Shown here in pieces: positions 51,931 through 64,000 of a DNA stretch of 64,000 bases. A program made the translations under genes and the position numbers. Each line of letters begins with the position of its first letter. The first letter of the stretch is position 1. Below the pieces are notes generated by a model. The model ran no database searches, was not told the DNA's origin, and worked only from the letters and a program-made list of their open reading frames with translations. Source of the DNA: Marsupella aquatica (taxonomy: Eukaryota > Plantae > Marchantiophyta); NCBI GenBank assembly GCA_973895155.1, contig OZ316891.1, positions 12,956,771-13,020,770 of the forward strand. The letters are read 5' to 3'.

Positions 51931-53562
51931 AATTTAATGCCCCTTAGAGCTATTGAGTAAACCGCATAGTAAGGTCACAAAGTGAAATTTGACAAGAAAT
52001 TGACAAGAATGGGGAATGCTGGAGCCATTTGTACTTGAACGGAGAGTGATTGTGGGCTACTTTTGTCATCTGAAAACCTACAGGAGCTCAAGGCAGTGCT
52101 TTATGGAGATAGAAAAGACACAGATGGAGACAATTAGTTCAGTCTTTAGTACCACCAAAGCTATGGGGGGGACCCATGTCCTTGCTTGTAGGCTCCTCAG
52201 CTCTATAACCGTGGACTTGAGCAATCAATTACTGGTTAGCCAGGTCTGTGGCCAAAGCTGGAAGTCCCCCCATTTCGAGTGGAAGGGACACACCCTCACG
52301 TTTATTAAGATATCCGCTGGTCTCTACTATATCAAGGTAGAAAAAATTGGAACGGTCTCAATCCTCAGTCCCCAGAATGATAGGCATTGTTAGGGTCCTA
52401 AAGATGGTAGACAAAATACGTCCACAGCACCTACTCAACACTTCTCCTCAGTCTCATCTTCATTTGTTTCTTGGTTGCCCAGTATAGAGCTCCATGGCAC
52501 AGATTTGCTCCTCTCAACTTGTGCTTGTTTTCAAGTCGAATCAATCTTCATTGTAGATTGAATTCCAGAAGCTCCCTCTCAACACGAGTGCATCGGACAC
52601 AATGACGTGACTTCTCTTCCTTTCTTAGGGTTCTAAGACGTAACCCCTGGAGCAAGGGTTTTAGTTTCTTAAACCAACATCTGAAATTTAACAAAAGGTA
52701 AAGCTGTAACTCATCATCCAGGCTCTCCAGTGGGTTACGACCATTGTATCTGCTCTCCACACCATTGATGAGTTAGAAACAATAGCAAAATACAAAGACA
52801 ATAGTCGGGTAGGATTATTCCTTTACTGTACCGTATTCCTTACTGTCCCTGTAACCGTGCACCAAAAGATCAGGCTTTTCTCCATTGGGAGCAATCTAAC
52901 TGAGTGTCCTCCCTGGCCTCTCACAAAATTTGACCCTTGTCATTGATGTCCAACAAAGTTTTTGATTCCTCATCATGCAGCAGAATGGCTCAATGAGGGA
53001 ATTACCAAAGGCTCGGATCCGTTTAGCAGAGAAGAAACTTACGATTGTACATATATAGCAGCAGCAGATTGCATTTTGTTGGCCCCAATACTATACTTCA
53101 AGGGTCGAACCATTGCATTGCTGTCTGTCACCCTTCAGCGAGACTCGAGAGAAGACAAACAATTTGCTGCTTTATATCCAGCTCTCAGAATTTTATATAA
53201 TGACTTTGAACTATCCTGTCAATGTGCCCCACAGTGCTGCTGTCTGAAAAATGCAGCTACTGGTTTAGATGACAAAAGGCCATTCTACAAATCTTTGCAG
53301 AAAATACTTCGTACAATGTGTTCCTCGTCACTTTCAAGGCCCTGCCAACTCGGTTAAGTACACCCGCTCCTTGATAATAGAATATTGAGCTTAGTAAGTA
53401 GCACACTACAGAGTGAACAAATTTCTACTAGGATCCACCTGAAGAAACTCAACATAGCGTTGATCTCTTGTCATCCTGGTGAGGCAATCCAGTCGACCTA
53501 ATTGCAGCCGCAGATAACCTGCCTAAATTTTGTACATATACATCAAATTAATGAATATCACC

Positions 53563-56500
53563 TCATTGTACACTGCACATTTGTAGGCAGCAACACAGCC
53601 CACATGTTGCGGGATAGTTTTTGATAAAGATCTCCTTATCCAAGCCAATGATGTAGAACTTGAAGGAGCGGTCACCCTCAGACATAACGACGCGGGTAAC
53701 AGGTATAACTCTAAGCTGATGTCGCTCGACAATTAATCTGGCAGTTGGGGGGACCTTTTCCCGTGTAAGAAATAAGTCTGCAGAGAGTTTTGTGAGACCA
53801 TAGGAAGCAGGAAACAGCGCAGGCTCGCACATGTGCGACTGATTGCTATATAGCTGTATTCCACTTGCCTCACTGAGGACGTCATCTGGTAAAGTTGCTG
53901 CGTGACTTGATGCACTGATTATCTTGTTGATAAGCGTTCGCCTAATTGGATCACCCAACATGCAGACAAAATCATCATCATCTCTACACAAAGTGACTAA
54001 AAATAAGGCCAGATGGCCACGAATCGGAATAAAAAACTGCAAAGCAAAGGATTGGCATTTCATGATTGGCAATCCTAGAAAACAACACGATCTAGTCCAA
54101 TGATACCATACCATCGAACGATTAGAACTTGGCTGAAGAGGAGGGATCCATTTCCGTCGCAAGTATTACATTTCACTAATCCACGCGAACTGCACTGTTT
54201 GCAGTGTTTCAATCCAGTACCTTTACAATGTCCACATCTGCACAAATATGTAACGGCAGTAAATGATTATAAGTTTGAGACACAACGAGTAGTACACCCT
54301 CTCTAGATCAAAAACTAATCGAGCAATCTATAAACCTTCAGTTTCTAAGTCACTTTTAATTACTTTTGGAGGCCTTGAGTGATGTAGTGGAGAAGCTTTA
54401 CTTCCAACCCGAAGTTACAATAACAATCAAAGGAGATATTATTCTCTTCTCTGTAGATTTAGAACAAGCGAAAGAAAGACATACTCTGTATCAGAACCAT
54501 CTAGATGTGCAATGAGTCCTCTCCCGTGGCACTCGGAGCAGGCTGCCGCTTTCCTTACGACAACTGCTCCAGATTCGTCAGTCGTATGGCATGCCGTACA
54601 AGGAACTTCGTTTTTACCGGAACAAGCTGCAAATAATTTTGGGAATATTGGCTGAGTGTCATGATACAAGTTAAATTTTTACACCCCCGAGCTTCAATTA
54701 GTACTGAAAGTGCTGTTGGACTATGGAAGTTAAGCAATGATATGCCAAAGCTACCAATACACTAGGTAAGCCACGCTTAACTAGATGACGGTTTATCACA
54801 TTCTTCGAACTAGATGCAAAAAATATTGTGAACCACAACTGGAATGACATTGTGCATCGTGGAATACAAAATAGATTGGTCTTGAACTGAATCATATTTA
54901 AACATCACAACATCAAAGTGACTACAGAATAAATCTCTTTGCACAGAATGCCATCGCAAATATAAAGACGAGCTTACTTTTGCAAACCTCCACTCTTTGG
55001 GAGAAGGAGATGATTGTCCGCGCTTCCTTTGCCACAGTGAACAGCAACGGAAACTCATCTCTCATATCCACCTCCCAAGGACCCAGGGGTCGCCCCTGCT
55101 CCTCGGTTGTATAAGGTTGACCTGAGTAAGGCTCCACCTGTGACTGCACCTCCCTCTCCTCAATGAAACTTTCTAAAGCTCCTATGAAAGCGTTGCAGTC
55201 TTCTACCTTCTTCATGTTCCACTTTGAAGCTGGCCGACTTCCCCAGCAACATTCATGATTTACGTGATCAACTATGAGTTCCCGTATTTCGTCCTCGTGA
55301 TGACCCTGCACACTGGTCATTCGAACATTAAAGGCCTTTCAATAGTCTGTCTCAGCCTTTGAAAATTTTGGTTTGCGACAATAAGGCTAAAACTTATGGT
55401 CACTGTTGACTGGCATTGCACAAGTATCGTCATCTGGAGTACCATTCATTTCCTTCTTATTCAGGAAAGATCATGTTTCATAGAGAATTTATAGAATTTA
55501 TCGAACTGTTTGGCAAGATTCGTCAAGCAGAGAGGACCACTTTAACTAATATGTTACCAGTGTCATGACCGAGTGGTGTATCGCCAATTTCTGCAATACC
55601 ACTCTGCAGACAACGTAAGTCTCTGCTCCTCTTTATTGAACGGCATGACTCAAAGGCAAAGACTTCAACGCGCGAATTCTCACCTGGACAACATATCCGG
55701 CGGAATAGAAGCCTCTACTGCCTGCGGAATAGGGGGTGGTACTCCACCTGAAAGTTTAAGATACTACCAGGGTGTCAGTGCTTGATGTATTGAATACTCT
55801 GCAGCACTCACCAAAAACGGCGATGTGCTCATTTACAGGGGGCAACGAAATTCAATTGAATATTGGCATCGAAAGTGTAAACTCCCGACTTTATGAAACC
55901 CAATCATCCAAGATCTCTAAGTATTATACCAACTTCGCCAAGAGAAGATACAGGTGGAGAGAGAAATATAGACGAACGAAGGGGATATTTCAACGTTAAG
56001 TTTTTTATGGCAGTACCCTTCGAGTACTTGACCTCACATCCCCTTGCTTCAATCCCACACGAAAATGCATCGGAAGTGGTGCCGAGGTAATTGACCTTGA
56101 TATTGCAGCCCGAGAATGAGAGCAACTCTCTCTCTGTGCAACAGACACACGCACATGCATCCCTAGTGGTGCCAAGCTAAATGACCCCTCATATCAGGCA
56201 ATTTGTCCGGGGCCAGTGTGTAAAGTACCCCTCCCAAAGGTCTTATGTCGGCTTATGAAATTGGACACGAATCCCACCCTACACATAATAGCCTCTCTAA
56301 CCCAGTTTGCAGCCAGGTCCACTATTTGGTTCCATTGTTCCCACTTGGCCACATAAGTCCACAGAGAGAGAGAGAGAAAAGAACCGACGCAGCTCATTCA
56401 TAACAATCAGCAAAATTCCAAGCCACAGGGACGCGGTCGGACAAATTGGACCATAGAGAGACGGAACCTGAAACCTCTCGCTCCTCACTCGCAGGAGTAA

Positions 56501-56857
56501 CAAGCGCGCCATAAATCCATTGAGGGTAAGGGTCCTGAGAAGCCGCGTGTCGGATCTCTGCCGGATCCACCTCCACAGGGCCATCGCCCGCAGATGGCAC
56601 GACATACTGTGCCCACTGAGCCCACTGCCTGACCTTGCCTAGAGACCACTCTTCATTGTGCTCCTCTTTCCTCGAGTCTCCTGCAATCCAACCATTCCCC
56701 TTTCAATAATCACTCCCAACAATCCGAACTCCCAATTACCACGAACGAGATTCATCCGAGAACCGGGATCTAACACCAGCTACATGGCAAAAAACAGAAT
56801 CTCGGCTGGTTGTTACGTGCCTTCCTTGAGAAGCGGCTCCGTCTCCGTCGAAGTCAT
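53563..56857 (-). CDS. SSUH2: SSUH2-like protein (DnaJ-type CxxCxGxG Zn-finger), ~448 aa
   Basis: Exons 56857-56821, 56680-56475, 56095-56038 (uncertain), 55747-55684, 55312-54978, 54626-54485, 54237-54112 and 53941-53563 (1347 nt). Motifs: EIRELIVDHVNHECCWGSRPA, VEDCNAFIGALESFIEERE, CSECHGRGLIAHLDGSDT, CKQCSSRGLVKCNTCDGNGSLL, ERHQLRVIPVTRV, FYIIG...YPA. Confidence 0.9.
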
Positions 56858-57115
56858 CTGAAACGAAATCCCGCTCCGAAATGATCGCTTGCCACGACTC
56901 CGATTCCTCAGCTAAGCAAAGGGAAACCCACCACAGGCCCAAACACTTCTGTGAGACCTTCGAAGTTTGTGACGAGAATATATAAGAATAAAGCTTGTCC
57001 TTGCGCACAAGCAAGCACAGTTCTGCTCTGTGGCTGCTGTTGCCGGTTGCTCCCCCGGAGGAAGGCAACGCGGTGCCAGAGAGAGGAAGTCCAAAGCAGA
57101 GGAAGAGTTTCAGGA

Positions 57116-57190
57116 GACGAGACGAGAGGAGAGGCGAGGAGAGGAGTGGAGTGGAGTGGAGTGGAGAGGAGCGAAGAGAAGAGGAAGAGG
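57116..57190. repeat. Compound (GAGAC/GAGAG/GAGTG)n microsatellite in the SSUH2 5' leader
   Basis: gacgagacgagaggagaggcgaggagaggagtggagtggagtggagtggagagg. Confidence 0.75.
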
Positions 57191-57770
57191 CCCAAGGCGT
57201 GAAGGCCCGTGAGACAGGGGATGCGTTGGTCGAAGAGGAGACTGGTGTCGCGACGGGACTACGCGGAATGTTGCCACCGACTTCTGAGGGGTGTACAAAC
57301 AAACTTGGTGGCCAAGGGACTCTGTGGTGTACATTTCTTCGTTTAATTAGTTTTCACTCGGTTAAGAAATGTTTCGTTAACTTGGTTATGGCGTCCAAAA
57401 CGTTCCGGTGAGCTTTTCTGTTGGTTTCACACCTCCCCCCTCAATTTGGGGAGTTTCTTTGACACTATCTTGTGAATCCATCTGACCTGATTGGAGTACT
57501 CAATTTCTATTCACCCTGCCCCCTCCCCATTTTCCACTGGCACCCTCAATTTCAATTGCACCCCAAAAGTCAGGGTTCAGAGGTAGAGAGACTTCATTCT
57601 AGAATGTAGGCCATGAAGAGTAACTTTGAGGGGCAATTAGAAAGTTAGATATCGCCATAAGTTATTCTCAGTATATGTATATTAAGGGGAATCTACCAAA
57701 TTACCCCCACAAGCTGTCAAATTTATCAAAATACTCCTAAAGTTTGATTCTCTTGAACACCTTCTAAGTA

Positions 57771-57967
57771 CTTTATCACTAAAGATGTTCTAATTGATAA
57801 TATTGCCACTGTTGTTTTTTGTATTTATAAAAATATCACGATTTCGTATATGGATGAAAATTTTACCAAGGTAACCAGAGGAACTATATATGAAAATCGT
57901 GACATTTTTGTAAATACAAAAACAAACAGTGGCAATATTGTGAATTCAAACAATTTTAGTGGCAATG
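57771..57967 (+). mobile_element. ~197-bp palindromic MITE, copy 1
   Basis: Long imperfect arms CTTTATCACTAAAGATGTT... / ...AACAATTTTAGTGGCAATG flanked by TA. It is homologous along its whole length to the reverse complement of 63335-63528. Confidence 0.8.
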
Positions 57968-60166
57968 TACTTTAAAAAAAACTGTTCTCTTGAATCCAAG
58001 TGTTGCTTATGCCACAACCCCTCTGAATAGCCATCTAGCGTAATAAGCAAAACTCCATTGCCATGCAACATGCACTGGCACGAAACAATACCATATATCT
58101 TCTGACAATATGTACTAATTGAACACGAAGCAATGCGAACTTGAGAAGCTAAGGTGTCACGTTCTTAGGGAGACATTGCAGCTGTATTTTTTAACATTAC
58201 TTTCAAGCTTTAGGGGTACTTATTAAGTAATCTTGATAACTAGTAGGGACAATGCTTTGAAGCAGATACACCTAAAAAACAACACCCACTATATCTAGTC
58301 ATTAGATTTAATTGATTGACACATTGGCTAGCAAAGAGGGTGGTGGATGACAGTATACAATGGTCACAAGAAAATAGGTATGCATGTTATCAGATTTATA
58401 GGTCAATGAATGAAACTAGACATTGATAGTTCATGGTAACAATGTGAACTTTAAAATAACTGTACTTTAAGTTAGTCAGTTGTTCTTGTTGGATTATAAT
58501 GTATATGTGCTAATGAAGTGAGTTAGCATTCTTAGATGCATCAAACTAGTTTTAAGCCATAATGTTGTCATCTCAAGCCCATTTGGCTGAGCCTTTTAGG
58601 TAATTGCTACCTACAGTAGCTTGGGGACATACTTATTCAATGAATTTAAAGATAATCAAGTGTCCATAACTTTCTGATGACCCTAATCAAACCAATCTGT
58701 TCAAAGACTCAGATTTTGAGGGAAAGAGAAATGAAAAAACTGAGTTGTAATTTGGGGATGAATGAAAGACAGAAAATGGGTGGAATGCTAGGGCGGGTAT
58801 TGAGGGGGGGGGGGGGGAATTTTGGGGTTGCAAGTTTCCATTCAATTGAGCTCCAAACAAGTATTAGTTTCCCACTTTGTTGAGGGCTATTTTAGGGTTA
58901 GCCATTGAAGTTTGTTTCATTCATTGACTGAATAGAATAAAGTCTAGTTGTGAGACACCATGGTAGGGTTTGGTTGGTATTGTCAAAGCATCATCCCACC
59001 CTCCCAAATATTAAAATGAAAATGATTGGGCGTCCCCCAAATCCCAGCCAATAGTGATTTCTTTACAGACTCCCATGGGATGCTTCTTCCAAAATCCTTT
59101 GAAGTCCCGCGACCACATCAGCACCATTGGTCGGTCACAACAAGAACAACAAACTATGCACGAAGAACCAAAATGTGTCTTACTCAAGGCAAAGAAAAAC
59201 AGTTAGACCACCTAACCGGAAAACTGGCTATGGAAACTAAAGAGTATCATTTCAAATAAGCCAAAAGAGGGGTAATAAAGGGTAAAGGAGATTAACTTTG
59301 AATGGGTTATGATTGTCTGATAAAATTCTCAGGGGTTTCACTTCCACAAAAATGGCATATCACGTGCGACGAAGTATAGGGTCATTTTATTAATTCGAAG
59401 GGAAGACTTAAGAATTTTTTGAGAAGAACAATAGGATCTTTAAAATCCAATTTTGAGACTTATAAGAACATTAGGGTCCTTATAACCAAAATTTTGGAAT
59501 ATTCTTGGAATATTCCAACTTTATAGGAGTTGAAAAATAAATTTTTTTCTTATATTTTAGGGGGTCTAAGACCTAAAAATGTCGCAGGTGATGGGGAGGC
59601 ATCCATATAGTGAGACCCCCGAGATAAAACTATGTTTTCTGGTAAATAGTTTAAAATTTATAGATAATGCAAAATTTCTAACTAATTAAGAATGGGTAGA
59701 AAGAAACTCCTTACAATTGTATTTACCAAGGTAAAGTGACCCTTTGTCTACCATGATTGGGTAGAGGAGTAATTAACAAGAGAGCATAAGAAACCCTTCA
59801 ACTATTATGGACAAAGGAGTAAATGTGAGAAATTACTAAAACCTAGAAGAATTGGAGTTTGGAATAGCATTTTGTGGGCGAAATTTGGTATTGGAGTTAG
59901 ATTAAAAATGATTTTGGTTTTTTAGGTCAAACTATTTTCTATCTTTTGGGAGATGAATCCTTGGGTTTTGCTGACAATTTCTGGATCTTATTTTTCCTAA
60001 ATGGTTTGGGAAATCCTAAAATTGCCAATTCCATCCAAACTCCGATTAATACAAATTTGATTGTTTGAGAAAATACTCAATTTTGCATGTAAAAAGTTGC
60101 AAATTTTGTGATAATTGGTGCAAAATGAAAACACAGTTCTTGTTTGCATGCATAAATAATTCTTGT

Positions 60167-60222
60167 TTGGTTTGAAATCATATTTTTAGCTAGTTGGTTT
60201 GAAATCATATTTTTAGCTAGTT
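60167..60222. repeat. Perfect tandem duplication, 2 x 27 bp
   Basis: TTGGTTTGAAATCATATTTTTAGCTAG occurs twice. Confidence 0.85.
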
Positions 60223-61421
60223 CTTTTAGATCTACTTTAGGATATTTTAGGTGAAGAGGTGTGTCTCTTCACCCAGATCCTCCTTAACATTATAAAAGGG
60301 AGTACCTTAATTGTTAGACTCAAACTTTCATCTTAAGTCTCCTTCTTTGTACCTTTGCACAGTGGCAAAACTATAAGGAAGTAAACTTTTGGATTGTTGA
60401 ATCTTGAAAGGTGTAATAATAGATTCCAGAATGCAATGATGTGTTACACCTGTTTAAGTTCTTGATAGTAATGCATGAGATTGGAATTATTGCTGCCAAG
60501 CCTATGTTGGAGGAGATTTTTAATTCATGCAAAATAGTTCTGACTGAGAATGATTGTGTTCTTTTCACAATGCAAAGTACCGCTTTGGATGTTGAAGTGT
60601 TTGTTGCAAGCTTGTTAGTATTGATAAAATATCACTTAGGGAGAAAGGTCAAATCGTGTTGACAACACCTTAACCCCGCACGCCATTAGACATTCATTAC
60701 CAAAAATTAATGCATGGTGGTATTAACACTAAAAGTCTAATAAAGAAAATGAGTTTTGGGCATGAACTTTGAAACATTAATTTTAGGCTCACTTAGAACT
60801 ACTTCAAGATCTACTTATGTTTTGTTATTTGTTTCCATTTTGTTAATTCTCATTGAGAAGATATTGAGTTTCATCTTTTAAACCATAAACAGTTTAGTTG
60901 TTGTGTTTTGGACTTAGACAACCTAGATGCGGAGTTTTGGTCTAAAACAATTACCAACTCACAGTTAGTCAATTCCTACTGTGTTTTGTTCCAACTAGGA
61001 ACAAATTTGTGTTTATAGATGTGAAATTGTTAAATGCGCATTTGATCATATACTACATAGAACAAGATGTCACCAATCATGACAAAAATATCATTGAGCC
61101 AAATACATGTTATGTAAAAAACTGTTTGTGGAATATACACCCTGATCTTGATCCCATTATAGAACTAGATGATTTGCACAATGTGCCAATGTCAACAACA
61201 GGTGTGCCTGCTACTATGGTCAACCCAATAGAAGAGTGGGTTGATGCACTTCAAATAAAAGTGTTTGCTATTGTGACAATTCCAAGAGAAGTGCCTATTG
61301 AGCCTAGCTTTACTACTATGAAGAAAGGGAGCATCCGGACATGAAATAAGTTTGTTGGAAGCAAAACCACCTCAAAGGCATCATACAAACCTCCAAGATT
61401 GGTGTTGGTAGAAAAATATAG

Positions 61422-61685
61422 GTGTCCGAAACAACCAAAGCACCCAATGCAGAGGGCTATGTGGCTTGTTGGTTATTGATGACTGGAACCTGTGTAGGAT
61501 TTGGCAAGGTGCAAGTAAGTTCGACCACTTTCCATGTCAAAGCAATTAATATTCCACCTGGTTATTCAATAGTGTTACTAGTCAAAATACCTCTAAAACC
61601 TAAAGTTGTCCTTACTCCCAACATCAATGATGATCCTCCTCAAAAGTTACTTGCACATGCTGCAGGTTTTTTGATACTATAACCA
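61422..61685 (+). mobile_element. Remnant of a CACTA/En-Spm accessory (TnpA/TNP1-like) ORF
   Basis: VGFGKVQVSSTTFHVKAINIPPGYSIVLL....PKVVLTP..NDDPPQKLLAHAAGFLIL*P resembles, from memory, the VA.G.V....T.H...IP.GY..V......A.LP.P.......L.DA.G.FI.WP domain of plant CACTA accessory proteins. The conserved W is replaced by TAA. Flanks are AT-rich. Confidence 0.55.
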
Positions 61686-63334
61686 AACAAGTATATAGAA
61701 TATTCACAATAATGTGATAGAATGATGTGTTTGTAATGGTTGTTTCATGCTTTTTATATTTCAGGACTAAAGAAACAAAGAAATCTTGCTTGGTATTAGA
61801 CAATTTCATTCATTTAGTTTCAATATTTCTAAACTATTACTAGTTTAGAAGTTCCAGGGGTTTCTTGTATCATTGATGGTATTGTAATGTTGTATGATAA
61901 TTGAATTGACCATTGTTATTCATGCTCTATGTGTATTGTATTGTGATTCTCTGAAATTCTTAATAATCCTTTTTTCAATAATGTGTTTATCTCATGCTTT
62001 GTTATGTGCAAAAGTGTTTCTATATCCTATTCTCTTTGTTATACTCATATAATTATGATGAATGCAAGTGTTAAGCTAAATGTCTTGCAATGTGTACAGA
62101 ATGTGTGCTAGCTACAGAATATTGTCTCATGAATGCAAATGTCACTCACTTTGAATATCATTATAAAACAGTTCTAACTACCTCTCACACTAATTGGCTG
62201 CTAATTGCGTAGTCATCACATCTACAAACTCCACTTCAAATCTCTTCTAGTTATAAAGATGACTATGTCAATTCCCAGAGGATTTGTTTTATGACTTGTC
62301 ATAGTTGTAAAAGTTGTCTATGTTGTGACAATTTAGTGTCACAATATAGTTACTCTAAACTTTCACCACATGATTTTGAGTACCCTCAAAGTCAATTTAC
62401 TTTGCTTTTAATCGAGCTCGTGACTACTCAAAGTCATAGTGTAGTCATGTGTTGAGAAGGCTTGATGGTAATCCGGCCGGAATCATAGGGCAGTCACAAG
62501 TGGGTATCAATTGAGTTGCAATGGAGTGTAGCATTATCTAGCGACTTTCATTTTTTAGTCATGACTTTGGCAACTCCACGGGTCAGAGCCAGGGTCATGA
62601 CAAGTTGAGTCAGAATGAAGTCACACAAGCTGAAAAGAGTTGCATATTGAGGGATTAGAATAAGGCATTTTCTTCTAGTGAAAGTTGTGCACCCCCTTTG
62701 CTCCTCAATTCTTGTTTTCCACTTGCACCCCCAATTTCATTGACCATGGTATGGAGACTTTCACTTGAGAGTATTTTTCCTCTTTTTGTTGATGTTGCTA
62801 CCATTGATGCCAAATGTTGGTTGATGAAATTTAGGAATGGAATCACTCTAGAGTATAGGCCATGTAAATTAACTTTAGATTGCAAATATAGAGTTAGATT
62901 AAAAAACAAAAACAGCTAAAACACAAGAAAATATTACGCATCTACCACTATAATAAGGGATCTTGCCAAATCCATCCATTGTTTGTTTACAAAAATAAAA
63001 AAGAGGGAACAATACTATGCCGTTAGATGTTGTCCAGGGTTATTTGAGACTCCTGAATTGACTCAAATGGATACCCAGAATTGTAGAGTACAAGGTATAA
63101 TACATGTGCTAAAGTACATGACTCTGCTAACTATTTCATAGCCTCCTTAGGAACACTTTTTGGCATGGAGTATTAAGTCAAAATAAACTGTCTTGATATA
63201 GAGGTTTTTGGCATGGAGCAAGTAAACTAAGGGGAAGTACTATAGATTTACATGAGCAAGGTTATTGTGGATTTTGCTTGTGAGAGGGAAATTTTGTTTT
63301 TTGGAGTCTAATTTTGTCTTTCAACTTTTAAGTA

Positions 63335-63528
63335 CATTGCCACTAAAGATGTTGAATTTATAATATTGTCATGATTTTTGTTGTATTTACAAAAATGTCA
63401 CAGTTTCCGTATATAGCTCCCCTAGTTACCTTGGGGAACTTGTCATCCATATACAAAACCGTAACATTTTTATAAATACAAAAAAAACCCTGAGAATATT
63501 GTCAATTAGAACATCTTTAGTGGCAAAG
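63335..63528 (-). mobile_element. ~194-bp palindromic MITE, copy 2
   Basis: TA|CATTGCCACTAAAGATGTT ... AACATCTTTAGTGGCAAAG|TA; inverted homologue of 57771-57967. Confidence 0.8.
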
Positions 63529-64000
63529 TACCTAAAAGTTGTTTTGAATGTCTTTTTCTCCTAATTTTTTCTCTTTAAATGGTGTTGCAGGGAAGAAAAA
63601 GAGGGAGGGACAAGGGAAGCAGAGCAAGAGGAACGAAAGGGAGAGCATGGGGGAGGGGGGAAAATAGGGAGGCACAAAAAGGTACCCTCCAAATAGGATT
63701 CCGCAACGTACCCCACTTGGACCCCATGATGCCCTGGATGTCCTTACCCGTCTTGTGCCCCCCAGACCTCCATCCACTCACCCTCCTCAACAACATCACT
63801 TTCATAACAAGATGTTGGCTAAAATACTATTGCTCCGCCATCAATCATGCACCCAATGACACTTTTGCAACCATAACATGAGATGGGCATGGCTCAAATG
63901 ATAACACTTTGGCAACAATCACACAATCGTAATCACAACACAATTGAAACAAAAATTGACTTTCAAAACCACGACACAACTAGAGTGACAACATGATCAA

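Noticed and set aside
52016-53357. ORFs of 125, 70 and 131 aa
   Set aside because: No recognisable homology; probably 3' UTR or intergenic sequence.
62655-63881. Short ORFs near the window end
   Set aside because: No recognisable motifs; AT-rich, repeat-derived context.

Overview
Eukaryotic land-plant nuclear DNA with spliceosomal introns; the gene style suggests a non-seed plant such as a bryophyte, but that is inference only. Four apparently intact multi-exon genes could be assembled by hand: a TSO1/CPP (tesmin, double CXC) DREAM-complex factor (+, 4879-10576), a CHR4/PKR1-type CHD3 chromatin remodeller with an N-terminal PWWP domain and two PHD fingers (+, 20105-31650), a cytosolic UDP-glucuronate decarboxylase UXS (-, 43790-48177) and an SSUH2-like Zn-finger protein (-, 53563-56857). 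Between them lie a decayed intron-containing plastid-type PNPase pseudogene, a young but defective Ty1/copia LTR element (36316-40770, TSD GTCTC), MITEs, a CACTA-like remnant and tandem repeats. The most unusual signal is three copies of a non-coding element with asymmetric ends (a long 'A' end starting TTAYGGACCCC and a short 'B' motif GRGGTCCACGRAY.AATT). Two copies enclose orphan gene fragments (calmodulin-like and YUCCA C-termini) in the same orientation relative to the element, which suggests a gene-capturing transposon family. All alignments and exon models were made by eye.
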